Sequence record: MN850625.1
Source: Escherichia phage smaasur
Strand: one strand, 5' to 3'
DNA length: 41,110 nucleotides
The notes under the pieces were generated by a model, which saw only the letters and a program-made list of their open reading frames with translations, had not been told where the DNA came from and ran no database searches. Positions 8,377 through 18,337 of the stretch are shown here, in pieces. How positions within the stretch are numbered: the stretch's first letter is position 1; every line of letters begins with the position of its first letter. The translations under genes and the position numbers were made by a program.

Positions 8377-10809
8377 TTAGCAGAAGAATTTGGAGGATTT
8401 CTTGACCTCGTTGATATCCAACTGGCCCCGTGCTGGAGCTTCCTTAGAATATCTCACGGCAAGTTGTTGAATCGGGTCATTTTCCTCGTACATCTGCACG
8501 AATTTTTCACGGATGACTTTGTGCAGTAGACCTGCATGAGCTGCTGCAACACCGAACGAGTCATGAATGGATACCATGTACACCCCGTTATTCCACATCT
8601 CCCACAGGACTTTCGTCATGTGGCTGGCATCCATCGCATGTACAAAATTCGGAGCAATCGCAGCCGCGCATTTGCGACCGTCTGGCTTGTCGATGAACTC
8701 ACGCAGCTTGATGGCATGAACGCCCATCAGCTTGATACCCATAGTGGTCTCTTTGTGAGCCTGATACATGTTCACCACACGCAGACCAGACGGGGCAGTG
8801 AACTCCACATACTCACCGTTAGCCGCCGCCTCAGATGCGATAGCTTGCAGCCATGCCATCAGCTCAGCAGCCTTTGGCACCACGCGAGGAATTGCATCCC
8901 ACATGAACCCGGCGATGTACATTGCGCACTGGAACAGGGTGTACCCTTCCGGTAGCGGAGTGTTGTGCTCCCGTAAATACAGCGCATAGTAATCCACCAT
9001 GCCGTGGCGTGTCGCACCGTACACATAAGTCATCACAGGCTTCTTAGCCATACCGCGCTCTATGCCAGTCTGTATGAGCCACGAACCCAAGACAGTAGGG
9101 TTGGTTGCCTCTGCTTCCTTCAACGCCTCCAGAGCCGCCGTAGCGGTCTTAACGTAGATGTCTGCCTTACGTCCTACTGAATCAATCAGGTTAACCGCAG
9201 CCCCGCCCACCTCGTCACGCAGCATTGCTGAGAGATGTTGCAGACCTGAGCACGTCGCGTCCCACTGTGTCACCACACGGCACGGATACTCTTCCGGGTT
9301 CCCGCTATCCAGCGCACGCACCAGCTCTACCGCAGCCGCCCATGCACACAGTGGGCTGTCAGCCTCAGACCAGAATGAGTCGTATGCCTCTGGCAGACGG
9401 CAAGCCTCGCGCAGTCGCGGCATTGTCTTGTCCGTCCATGCCGCCCGGTCTTCAAAGTCTGTGGAGTCATAGCCGAAGCAGTTGGCCACATGAACCTTCA
9501 ACCAGAACAGACCCTCCTTACCAAGCGGCACCGGGTCAGCCAGCTCAAGCAAAGCACGAATCGCGTCAATGCCTTGCGGGTTCAGGGATGTGGCATAGTA
9601 GCAACGGCCACGAGTGTCGGCGTATGTCGGCAGGTAGATTCGCTCGTACACTTTGTACTGCTCAGCCTCACGCAGCGCACTGCTCAGCGCCTGAATCTGC
9701 GTGGTGAACTTCTTCATGTCGTTGTGGTAAATGCGAGTCTTAACCTTGAACTCGTGCGCCTCAGCGTCCATGCGCTGCTGCATCTCAGCCGGGAACTTGC
9801 TGATGTACTGGCCGAACGTTACGCCTTCCGGGATAGTGAACGGCAGCTTAGGCTCCACTGGAGCAACAGGCAACCCCATCACCCCGGTTCTGTTGGCTTG
9901 TAAGAACTCCAGCACCATCTTGTTCACGCGGAACGGAACGTTTGACAGCATCATGCACGGCTCAATCATCGGTCGTGGGTCAATACCTAACTTGCGATAC
10001 GCCGGGTGCTTGAGCTTGCTGATTACCGCATACGTTGCCGCCTGCCCCGGAGAGTGCCACATACCGCCAAAGCCATTCGCACTGATTTGAGCTGGCGGTA
10101 TAATCAGCGGCGGGTAGCAACTGATGCCGAGGTGTGGCAGCTTCATCCAATCCTCAAGCATGATGAGCACATCGTCATGCAGAGCGAAGTGCGCAGTCGC
10201 CCGGTTCTTCAAGCTACCGCCCACTCGGACAGTCTTGACCAGACCAGTCGGCTCGACAGCACGCATCATCAACTTGCCGATTGTGATGAGCGCACGCTGT
10301 GGCAGGCTTTCAATCTCGACACCAACATTTGCCGAGGCAGCGCGTGCCTTGTTGTAGATGTGGTTTGGCGACTTAGACTTGGACTTATTCACGTCGCGGC
10401 GAACCCTCTCCATATACGCAGCCTCACGCTTACCAGCCCGCTCAGCTCGTGCATAGACTACCTCAGCCATCATTGCCTGCCCCATCTCGCGGAGCAGTTG
10501 AGTCACGGCGGTACGCCCGGTCGCGCCGGACACCGCCATGCTCAGGGCCAGAGACGCGCAGGTCTTGGCCCCGACTTCACGAAGGTACGTGCGGTACTGC
10601 GCACCGAACCCACGAGTAGTTTCGTTCAGGATATCCAGCATTGCAGCTTCGACAGTGGGGTATGCCTCAACCATCGCTCGCTGCAACAGTGGCACCGCCG
10701 AGGCGCGGCCTGAGTCTATCGCATCTCGTACGTTATCTAACCAGCCTGCCCGGTGACGGGCACGCGCCTCTTCTTCCAGTCGAATCTGTTCTGCCAGCAA
10801 ATCCATCAC
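8377..10809 (-). CDS. T7-like single-subunit DNA-directed RNA polymerase
   Basis: 810 aa. [20 protein letters not shown] matches T7 RNAP motif A region [32 protein letters not shown]...SIHDSFG matches T7 motif C region PNFVHSQDGSHL...IHDSFGT. Confidence 0.95.
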   Translation of the reverse strand: [810 protein letters not shown]

Positions 10810-10815
10810 ATCCCC

Positions 10816-11082
10816 TTACTCGTAGTCGTCTTTGTTATTCGGCACATCAATGAACGTAGGCTCAGAGTAGCCCGGCTGCACCTGACTGCGCAGCCCCAGT
10901 TCACGCAGTACCTGCCGCTGCAATACCGGGTCGCTCGTACCCGTACCGCCGCAGGCTTCACACTCACACAGTACAATCTCTTTATTCATCAGCATACTGT
11001 GGAAGGTGCCGCTGCCATGACAGGCACCGCACACTTTACCATCAACCACTGTATCATCAAGCACTTTTTGATAGCGACTCAT
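10816..11082 (-). CDS. small Cys-rich zinc-ribbon protein
   Basis: 88 aa with CGACHGSG and CECEACGG (Cys pairs suggesting a Zn-binding ribbon). Function unknown. Confidence 0.45.
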   Translation of the reverse strand: MSRYQKVLDDTVVDGKVCGACHGSGTFHSMLMNKEIVLCECEACGGTGTSDPVLQRQVLRELGLRSQVQPGYSEPTFIDVPNNKDDYE

Positions 11083-11656
11083 TACGTTTCCTCAGTTCCA
11101 GTTCCAGAATGAACAGCGCATTGCACGCTGCATGGGCCAGATGGTGCAGGCCAGATTCACTGTCCAGTTCCTCACCATTACCCACTGCCAGCAGGTGGCG
11201 TATAAGCGCAGACTTGTAGCGCTCCTGACCTTCCGGCACAGTCTGCCACGAATGGGCAGCGTACTTCTGAGCGCCGAACGTCAGCACCTCGCCGACTGCG
11301 GCCAGTGCGTTCGGGCACCCATCAAACAGCAGAGCCATACGTGGCTTGCCACCGTCGAACTTCATACCGCCCGGCCCGGCACCCTTGGCCACGGCCACCT
11401 CAACGTCATGCGCTGGGTCGTACGGGTCAACCGGGATGAAGTGTGTCTCCACCGCTTGCACCTCGTACGGCTCCAGCACCAGCAGATGAGTCTTCCCATC
11501 CTTCACGCAGGTGTAGTAATCGCGGCTATCGTTCGGCACATCGTACGGTTCGTCGTACGTCAGGATGATACCCTGCTCAGCAATGTCGCTCAGCAGCGTG
11601 CCAGTGCCCCAGTTGCGTGCCGGGTCTAAGATAAACTTCTGACCTTTCTTACCCAT
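11057..11656 (-). CDS. hypothetical protein (199 aa from MGKKGQ)
   Basis: ORF track gives 11057..11734, but the ATG at 11656 has a GGAGGT ribosome-binding site and abuts the upstream stop at 11649. No motif recognised. Confidence 0.5.
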   Translation of the reverse strand: MGKKGQKFILDPARNWGTGTLLSDIAEQGIILTYDEPYDVPNDSRDYYTCVKDGKTHLLVLEPYEVQAVETHFIPVDPYDPAHDVEVAVAKGAGPGGMKFDGGKPRMALLFDGCPNALAAVGEVLTFGAQKYAAHSWQTVPEGQERYKSALIRHLLAVGNGEELDSESGLHHLAHAACNALFILELELRKRNESLSKSA

Positions 11657-12176
11657 TCGCCTTACCTCCATCGACCTTATCGCCAGCACCATCATACTTA
11701 GCATTTGCGTGAACATACTCGTGATTGTCCTCATACCGGGTCACTTCATAAACCGTGATGCCGAGGCTGCGCATGAAGTCCACGATGTGCGGCAGGTCAT
11801 CAAAGGCACATACGATGTTTTCAATGCCAATGTCTTCCAGCGCAGCACGCTTCATCTCAGTGTCCTTACGGCAGTCGCCAACCTCACGCATGATGAGCTT
11901 GTCGTACACCACCCCATTATCGTCGAGCCATTGCTCAGTTACTTCACGGGCCACGGCCCCGCGTCCGGTCAGAATGACAATGCGATACGTGAGGGCCAGA
12001 GCGTTCACAATGTCAATCGTATCCTGAAACGCAGGGTCATCTGCACCTGCCAAGTTGAACTCGGCCCATGCTTCATCAAGGTGGCGTCGGTCGGGCGGCG
12101 GCAGCAGGTGCAGACGCCAGCGGCCATCAGCCAACGTCCCGTCGAGGTCTACCACAACGGTATCTTTTAAGTTCAT
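11649..12176 (-). CDS. HAD-superfamily phosphatase (5'-nucleotidase or polynucleotide 3'-phosphatase-like)
   Basis: 175 aa. N-terminal VVVDLDGTLAD is HAD motif I (DxDGT); ILTGR motif II; AFDD acidic motif IV. Has a GGAGAAAG ribosome-binding site. Confidence 0.65.
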   Translation of the reverse strand: MNLKDTVVVDLDGTLADGRWRLHLLPPPDRRHLDEAWAEFNLAGADDPAFQDTIDIVNALALTYRIVILTGRGAVAREVTEQWLDDNGVVYDKLIMREVGDCRKDTEMKRAALEDIGIENIVCAFDDLPHIVDFMRSLGITVYEVTRYEDNHEYVHANAKYDGAGDKVDGGKANG

Positions 12177-12354
12177 CTTGCGCTTTCTCCAGTGCTTTCA
12201 ACATGTCAGGGATGTAGCACCACGGCAGGGTAACTTCGTCGTCGCCCTGTCGTATGACTACAGTGTCTTCAACTACCTCCACCTGTGTCCGGGCCGTCCA
12301 TTCGACAGCCCAGCCATTGGCAGTGAGTTGGATTACGTCATCATCGTATATCAT
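12127..12354 (-). CDS. hypothetical small protein
   Basis: 75 aa ORF; start overlaps the stop of the upstream phosphoesterase gene and its 3' end overlaps the HAD gene start by ~50 nt. Confidence 0.35.
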   Translation of the reverse strand: MIYDDDVIQLTANGWAVEWTARTQVEVVEDTVVIRQGDDEVTLPWCYIPDMLKALEKAQDELKRYRCGRPRRDVG

Positions 12355-13475
12355 TCCAACATCTCAGGACTAATGGTGAAGCGAGCCACCTCACCGAACC
12401 GGGCGTGATAGGTAATCACGCTGGCACTCCGCTCACTTAACCACCCGCCGCGAGACGCATACGCATCCTTAGCCGCCAGCGTGCGGTGCTGCTCAACAAC
12501 CATAATCGGAGACTCCAGCACTTTCTTGTGGTGGAGGTGGCCGACGTGAGCGTAAGCATGTTTCGTTCTGCCATACACTTCGCGGTACTTGGCAACCAGT
12601 ACAGTCTCAAGCTGCTCGGCCTTACGCTTGTGACCGTGGTGGAAGAACAGCGCAGTCTCGCCGAACTCGTAGCAGTAGTACGGGTCAGGGTTACGGTCAA
12701 CCGTGACACGCGGCTCGTCTTCGTACAGTGCAGTCAGCAGCTCGCGCAGCCAGATGGAGCTGGCCATGTCATGGTTGCCCTCAGCACAGATGACGTGAAC
12801 CTGTGGGAACTTATCCAGCAGCATGGCAATGATGCGGCGCAGTGAACGAATAGCCACACGGGTCAGCTTCTGGAACCGGGTGTCGGCGTCCAGTACGTGG
12901 CCGCTTGATGGCGTCACTGCGTCCAGCCCATCCCAGTGCAGGAAGTCACCGAGCTGACCAAGCACAGCTACCTGCGCTGGCGGCGCTGACTCAATGGCGG
13001 CAGCGAACCACTTGACCAGTAGGTCTTCTGCAATCCGCATATCCCAATCAGCACCAGTCTCTTCAGCCCACGACAACATACCCAAGTGGTAGTCGGTCAA
13101 CACGAACAGGTCGAGCAGCTCAGCCGGGGCCGGGCCACGTCGGTACGGTCGTGGCAGCTCAGGTTTGATATCCTCGCAGATGGCATCGACTGCCTCCTGC
13201 AACAGCGCCAGCTCACGTTCATGGTCGAGCGCAGTCTTCACCCATTGCTGGACTACGTTGCCCTCTTTGTCATACAGCGTGGACGTACCCTTAATCATGT
13301 AGGGTTCGGGCACTTCCTTCGTCATGTCGTGTTCAGGACTCCAGCCACTCTTGGCGAGCTGACGCTTGCGATAACGAATAGCGCTCTCAGTCATGTCATG
13401 CTTGTCGGCGATTGCCTTGGTGCCGAGACCTTCGGCAATATCTTCTTTCAACTGCTGGTTCGACAGCTTCATCAT
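12351..13475 (-). CDS. calcineurin-like metallophosphoesterase with N-terminal helix-turn-helix-like region
   Basis: 374 aa. Metallophosphoesterase motifs in order: LTDYHLG (DxH), LGQLGDFLHWDG (GD), AEGNHD (GNHD/E), FFHHGH, GHLHH. N-terminal ~45 aa (GLGTKAIADKHDMTESAIRYRKRQL) looks HTH-like. Confidence 0.65.
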   Translation of the reverse strand: MMKLSNQQLKEDIAEGLGTKAIADKHDMTESAIRYRKRQLAKSGWSPEHDMTKEVPEPYMIKGTSTLYDKEGNVVQQWVKTALDHERELALLQEAVDAICEDIKPELPRPYRRGPAPAELLDLFVLTDYHLGMLSWAEETGADWDMRIAEDLLVKWFAAAIESAPPAQVAVLGQLGDFLHWDGLDAVTPSSGHVLDADTRFQKLTRVAIRSLRRIIAMLLDKFPQVHVICAEGNHDMASSIWLRELLTALYEDEPRVTVDRNPDPYYCYEFGETALFFHHGHKRKAEQLETVLVAKYREVYGRTKHAYAHVGHLHHKKVLESPIMVVEQHRTLAAKDAYASRGGWLSERSASVITYHARFGEVARFTISPEMLE

Positions 13476-13804
13476 TTCCCCTTAGTGATTACGGCACGCG
13501 CTCTCGCTGCTGCGGCCTTCTTACGTTTCGCGGCTGCGGCTTCCTTCTTCTCAGCCTCCGTCTTATGCGTCGGATACATCAACCCGGTGTGCTGCTTACG
13601 CCGCCACTCAATGGCGCTGTCCAACCAGTCGTCCACCGTGCGCTGGCGCTTGGCTCGGTTGGCAGAGTTCTCTACCTTACCGAGCTGCGCATTGCACCAG
13701 CGGCAGATGACACCGCGTATTTCCCCAGTCACATGGTCGTGGTCAACAACCATGAGCTTGAGGTCAACCATTGGTTCATTACAGAGTGGGCAAGGACAAC
13801 CCAT
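13472..13804 (-). CDS. endonuclease VII-like (HNH/DHDH) Holliday-junction resolvase
   Basis: CPLCNEPM...VVDHDHVTGEIRGVICRWCNAQLG matches the T4 endonuclease VII pattern (CxxC, DHDH, G.VRGLLC..CN). Start uncertain: 13804 or 13852, both overlapping the exonuclease gene. Confidence 0.75.
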   Translation of the reverse strand: MGCPCPLCNEPMVDLKLMVVDHDHVTGEIRGVICRWCNAQLGKVENSANRAKRQRTVDDWLDSAIEWRRKQHTGLMYPTHKTEAEKKEAAAAKRKKAAAARARAVITKGK

Positions 13805-14756
13805 CGCACTCTTCCGTAGGTGCAGCAGTGTCGCGCCAGTCACTTTCCTCATACCACTTCTCCATCAATTTCTTGTGGAGCCACACACGCAGCTCCTTGC
13901 TCAGAGTCAGCGTGTTCAGGTGAGCGGCGAATGTATACTCCGGCGTGCGCAGCAGCCACAGGGCCACGGCTTCTGGCCACGGGTTCTGGTCTTTGGCCAT
14001 GTACTCCCGCAGTACCAGCTCGGCTACTGCTGACTCATCCTCGGTTTCCTGATAGCTCTCCAGTAAATCCCACGCTCTTTGCTTGCCACACTTAACGAGT
14101 CCGGCTATGGCGTCAGCAGTATCGCCCATCAGCATCTGCGCCCAAAAGAATATTGGGCCGTGACCAATGAGAGACTTGTCACTCTTCGTCTCGTGCCACC
14201 ACAGCGTGCCGATACCCTTGCACGGCTCCAGCACCTTGTTGTCGTACGGGTCGAGGAAGCGCCCCGGCCAACAACGCAGGTCTTTGTCAGCGCTGTAGAT
14301 TACAGCGTGCTCCAGCCCCAGCGTCCAAGCGTCCATGATTAAGGTGTCGTCTGCCTCAACGTCGAAGTTCAGGTGAACGTACCAATCCTCGCCGTCCGGG
14401 ATATTGAACATGTTGCGGCCAATAGCTTTACGCAGTGGCTCGACCAACCCCGGCTTCCGGTCTTTATCACGGTTGCTCTGGTACAGCTTGACACCGCGCA
14501 GCTTGTACCGCCCAGCCTTCTTGCACTCAGCAGCAGTCAGCTCGATACGAACCGACTGAGCATTAGCAAGGAACTTGGCAGTCAGGACGCCGGAGCAGAA
14601 GCGCGTTTTGGCTGTCTCGATGTTCTTCGTTGTGGCTGCGGCCACATACACTGTTGAGTCTGCGTCGCAAAGAAGTACGCGCCCCGCAACGTATCCGTCA
14701 AATTGGTCTTCATCAATCGCTCCGGCTGTCGCCAACAAGCGCTGCAATCTGCTCAT
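13779..14756 (-). CDS. 5'-3' exonuclease (T7 gp6-like, FEN family)
   Basis: 325 aa. SADKDLRCWPGRFLDPYDNKV and MGDTADAIAG resemble recalled T7 gp6 SCDKDFKTIPNCDFLW and KGDITDGYSG. Confidence 0.85.
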   Translation of the reverse strand: MSRLQRLLATAGAIDEDQFDGYVAGRVLLCDADSTVYVAAATTKNIETAKTRFCSGVLTAKFLANAQSVRIELTAAECKKAGRYKLRGVKLYQSNRDKDRKPGLVEPLRKAIGRNMFNIPDGEDWYVHLNFDVEADDTLIMDAWTLGLEHAVIYSADKDLRCWPGRFLDPYDNKVLEPCKGIGTLWWHETKSDKSLIGHGPIFFWAQMLMGDTADAIAGLVKCGKQRAWDLLESYQETEDESAVAELVLREYMAKDQNPWPEAVALWLLRTPEYTFAAHLNTLTLSKELRVWLHKKLMEKWYEESDWRDTAAPTEECDGLSLPTL

Positions 14757-14910
14757 CGACTCTCCTTAACACTTCGTTCTGAAACATCTGCCTGAGCGTA
14801 AAGAACATGTCGTAGCTCATGGACACTGTTTCGCGGCGGCTCTTGATTACCATGCTCATGCTCTTGGGGTCGTCATAGTAGATGACCTCTCTTTCATCAA
14901 GCTCTCTCAT
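14713..14910 (-). CDS. hypothetical small protein
   Basis: 65 aa ORF between the 301-aa gene and the exonuclease; overlaps the exonuclease start. Confidence 0.3.
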   Translation of the reverse strand: MRELDEREVIYYDDPKSMSMVIKSRRETVSMSYDMFFTLRQMFQNEVLRRVDEQIAALVGDSRSD

Positions 14911-14945
14911 AAAACCTCCAAGGCACTTCCCTGTGCCCTTATCAG

Positions 14946-15851
14946 TTACAGGCTCGGCAGGCCGAAGTCAGCATCGCCAGTCACGTCAGGCTCCGGCGAG
15001 GTCTCGGTCGCACCCTTCTTACCACCCTTCTTGGTAGGCAGTTCCTCCGGCTCCGGCGTTACTTCCTTCGCTTCCTCCTGCGTCTCTTCCAGCTCAGGCA
15101 GCTCAGAGATTGCAGAGCCAGCGCCGCCGCCATTCAGCAGCAGGTCAAGCGGAGAGCCGGGATACTCAGGGCTGGACAGCAGAGCGTCCTGAATCCAGTT
15201 CTTGGATTTACCCTCGTCGTTCTTCCCTTCAATGTACAGGGATTCCCAGTCTTCCTTGGTAGGACGGTTCCACAGGAACAGCTTGAACAGAGACTCGTCC
15301 TCAACCTCCGGCACATCGAACGGCTCATCAGTCACCGGGTTAACTGCGAGGCTGATGTTCTCAAGGTCGATGTTGGCGTACACCTTCTTGTTCTCGCCCT
15401 CGCCTGATTCGTTATGCACGATAGGCAGGATGAACGTATTGTTCAGGAGCTGAGCGAAGTGCTTCGCAGTCTTCTCCGGGTTCATACGCTTGAACAGTTT
15501 GTACGCGCCGGACTTACTGTTGAGGTCTTTCTTAACAGCAATGAACTGCGTGCGTACAATGCCCGGCACCATCTTGCCATCCACCACCTCGTGGTAGGTG
15601 GAAGTCTTGTCCTTGCCCTTACCCCACACTGCAAACTTGAGGAAGAACTTATTGACAGGCGGCTTGCTTGCGTCCTGCTTAATAGGCTGCGGCCCGATTT
15701 CCACATACTGAATCAGGCGAGCCAGTGCCTTACCTTCCGGCATCAGCTTACCGCCGCCACCGGACACGGCTTCGTTAAAGTCTACGCCTTCTTCTTCAAC
15801 GAACTGTTCAACGATGGTGTTAAAGCGATTCAATACACTCGGCTTAGTCAT
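14946..15851 (-). CDS. hypothetical protein with acidic C-terminal tail (possible ssDNA-binding protein)
   Basis: 301 aa, Lys-rich body with a Glu/Asp-rich C-terminal tail (ELEETQEEAKEVTPEPEEL...DADFGLPSL). Sits beside the DNA polymerase. The SSB assignment is inference from the acidic tail and location only. Confidence 0.35.
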   Translation of the reverse strand: MTKPSVLNRFNTIVEQFVEEEGVDFNEAVSGGGGKLMPEGKALARLIQYVEIGPQPIKQDASKPPVNKFFLKFAVWGKGKDKTSTYHEVVDGKMVPGIVRTQFIAVKKDLNSKSGAYKLFKRMNPEKTAKHFAQLLNNTFILPIVHNESGEGENKKVYANIDLENISLAVNPVTDEPFDVPEVEDESLFKLFLWNRPTKEDWESLYIEGKNDEGKSKNWIQDALLSSPEYPGSPLDLLLNGGGAGSAISELPELEETQEEAKEVTPEPEELPTKKGGKKGATETSPEPDVTGDADFGLPSL

Positions 15852-18337
15852 ATCTCGATACCCTTAGATTTCAGAAAGTTACGTTTGAACTCCAGCACTT
15901 CTTCGGCTGTCGTCTCTACGTGGTGCTTCTCATACATGCTTGGGCCTGCTTCCACCTCTGCCGGGAACGGCACCGTCAGGTCATACTCAGGCCAGATGTG
16001 GTTGTAGTATTCCGGGATGGATTCCATGATTGCCTTGAGTCCAACGAAGAACTCGTGAGGACAGTCAGGTGCCACGTCGAAATAGAATGCGTCATGCACT
16101 TGGTTGATGGGAACCACACGCCCACCAAAGAAGTCATTGCTCAGCAGCCAGCGGAACAACAGGCCACCGATACCCTGCACCCAAAACGCGGTCTCACCCT
16201 GAATCGGATAGTTACGCATTTGGGTTGGCTTGTACTCCATCAAATACCCACGAGCTGCGCTGTTCCATTTCTCGTACTGACGGAATGAATAGCAGGTGCC
16301 ACCCGGAGATTTGTAGAAGCCACGGCGGTAGACGCACCACCGTCCATTCTCATCCTGCTCCTTGAACACATTGCTCTGACCGGACTTCTCCACTGCCGGG
16401 AAGATAACCTTGTCGAACCATGCTTCCACTTCTGGAAACAGACTCTTCTCGTTGTCGATGAATGCCTGTGCCTCTTCCTCAGTACAGCCAGTGGAGTACG
16501 CGATGCCTCGCGCTGTCGCACCGTACTGATATGAGAATGCCTTCGGCTTGATATCGGTACGCATCTGGCTATAGCGTTCGTGGTCAGGGTGGGATTCATC
16601 CTTCGCCTTACGCTTCACCTCTTCGTAATCTTCCTCAAGCTGCGCGGCTAGACGCATACAGTGCATGTCGATGTTATCCATCAGAGCCTTAACGAGATTC
16701 TTATCCTTACTGAATCCCGCCAGCCCTACTACTTCCAGCGCCGAGTAGTCAGCCTCGACTATCCTGCCGCCCGGCCCGAACCGGGAGGTGAACATCTGCT
16801 TAACTTTACTCGTACCTTTACGCGGAAGGTTCTGGCTATTCGGTCGTGCCGATGATAAGCGAGTGGTCTCCGTCGCAGTCATGTTAATGGTGTGATGTAC
16901 AATCCCATCCGGCTGGATGAACTGCATCATACCTGACTGGCCAGTGACGTTACCCTCTTCGTCGAAGGTCTCACTCAAGTAGTAGGTGCCGAGGTCTTTC
17001 TGTGACTTGGCACGTTCAGCGATTTCAACCACACCGGGAATCTTACGGGCAGCCAGAATCTCCAGCACCTCACCCGCCGTACTGAACACAGGCGTGCCGT
17101 CAGCCAGCTTGCGCTTGCCTACCCAGTCACCTGTGCGCCGGAGATATTCACCCGGACGCTTCGGGTCTTCCCATACGAGGTTGTCTGCTATCTCCTTCGC
17201 TCGTCTGTCCTTGTCGCGGAGCAGACCGGGCAGCGGGTACAGCACATCGCCCCACTTGGTGTCCACCTCATCTGTCGCCAGCTTCTCGAACTTAGGCTCG
17301 CCCTTGAACTTGCCTGCCGTGTACAGAGTTTGGTGTACCTTCTCAACCGGGTCATACCATAGCCCGGACTCTTCATCGAACTCGCACTCTTCCTTGTGCT
17401 TCAACCACTTCTCCTTGCCACGCTTGAACAGCGGAGCATCCACCTTCACGTAGATTGGATTGCCGTCTGCATCAGTGCGTGGTACGCGGGTCGTATACTT
17501 CATGACGCCGCCGAAGACGAACGCTGACATGTGGTATGCCGACGTGAACTTGAACTGGTTACGTGCTTCCTCCGGCATATCGTCCGGCAGGTAGTCCAGC
17601 AGCTTCTGTGTCAGCTCGTCAATCTGCGTGCGTAACTCCTGACGATTCCGCTCAGCCACTTCACGGTCAACGTGCAAGCCGCTGTGCATCATGTACGCCC
17701 ACATCAGCATCCCTTCCATACGGGTCAGTGCCATCGGCAGCATACCTTGTTTGGTAAGCTCAGCCCACTGCCCGACGAACACCTTCGTGGTGTTCTCGAT
17801 ATCGCCGCTCGGCCCGGACAGGTACTCACTCAGCAGCTCCGGGTCAATCTGGCTGGTCAGATAACCTGACTCCCACATTGCCTTGACTGCATCCACCTTG
17901 TGAGTACCGCCGTACTTCGGCGCGGTTTCGTTTAACGATGGGTACTGCGATTGCTGGTGAGTCAGCAGGTACTCTGCATACGCGGTACAGAATACACGGC
18001 CACCTCGTTTGAGGAATGCAGTGAACTCGTCACCGTAATGCAGGAACCACCAGCTCAGTTCGTACGGCGCGTTGTGTGCCACCAGTATGTTCGTGTCGGG
18101 GTGCAGGTGCAGACTCTTGTTCTGCAACCAGTCTTCCCTTGACGTGTACCGATACTCTTCGCGCTCGTAGAACTCCCAGCCATTCTTCGTCAGCACACAA
18201 TCGCGCTGGCCTTGCATCACGACGTAGTTGTCCGGGCAGCGTGGAGATGCCAGCTCACCGTACCAGTCATGGTTCTCGGTCTCAACGTCAATGACCTGTG
18301 CTCGAATTGCCATTACCCCTCCGCTATGCTGTGCCAC
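15848..18337 (-). CDS. family A DNA polymerase with N-terminal 3'-5' exonuclease domain
   Basis: 829 aa. Pol I motif A (ADYSALEVV), motif B (KPKAFSYQYGATARG), motif C (QVHDAFYF); N-terminal DVETEN exo I-like motif. Confidence 0.95.
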   Translation of the reverse strand: MAQHSGGVMAIRAQVIDVETENHDWYGELASPRCPDNYVVMQGQRDCVLTKNGWEFYEREEYRYTSREDWLQNKSLHLHPDTNILVAHNAPYELSWWFLHYGDEFTAFLKRGGRVFCTAYAEYLLTHQQSQYPSLNETAPKYGGTHKVDAVKAMWESGYLTSQIDPELLSEYLSGPSGDIENTTKVFVGQWAELTKQGMLPMALTRMEGMLMWAYMMHSGLHVDREVAERNRQELRTQIDELTQKLLDYLPDDMPEEARNQFKFTSAYHMSAFVFGGVMKYTTRVPRTDADGNPIYVKVDAPLFKRGKEKWLKHKEECEFDEESGLWYDPVEKVHQTLYTAGKFKGEPKFEKLATDEVDTKWGDVLYPLPGLLRDKDRRAKEIADNLVWEDPKRPGEYLRRTGDWVGKRKLADGTPVFSTAGEVLEILAARKIPGVVEIAERAKSQKDLGTYYLSETFDEEGNVTGQSGMMQFIQPDGIVHHTINMTATETTRLSSARPNSQNLPRKGTSKVKQMFTSRFGPGGRIVEADYSALEVVGLAGFSKDKNLVKALMDNIDMHCMRLAAQLEEDYEEVKRKAKDESHPDHERYSQMRTDIKPKAFSYQYGATARGIAYSTGCTEEEAQAFIDNEKSLFPEVEAWFDKVIFPAVEKSGQSNVFKEQDENGRWCVYRRGFYKSPGGTCYSFRQYEKWNSAARGYLMEYKPTQMRNYPIQGETAFWVQGIGGLLFRWLLSNDFFGGRVVPINQVHDAFYFDVAPDCPHEFFVGLKAIMESIPEYYNHIWPEYDLTVPFPAEVEAGPSMYEKHHVETTAEEVLEFKRNFLKSKGIEI

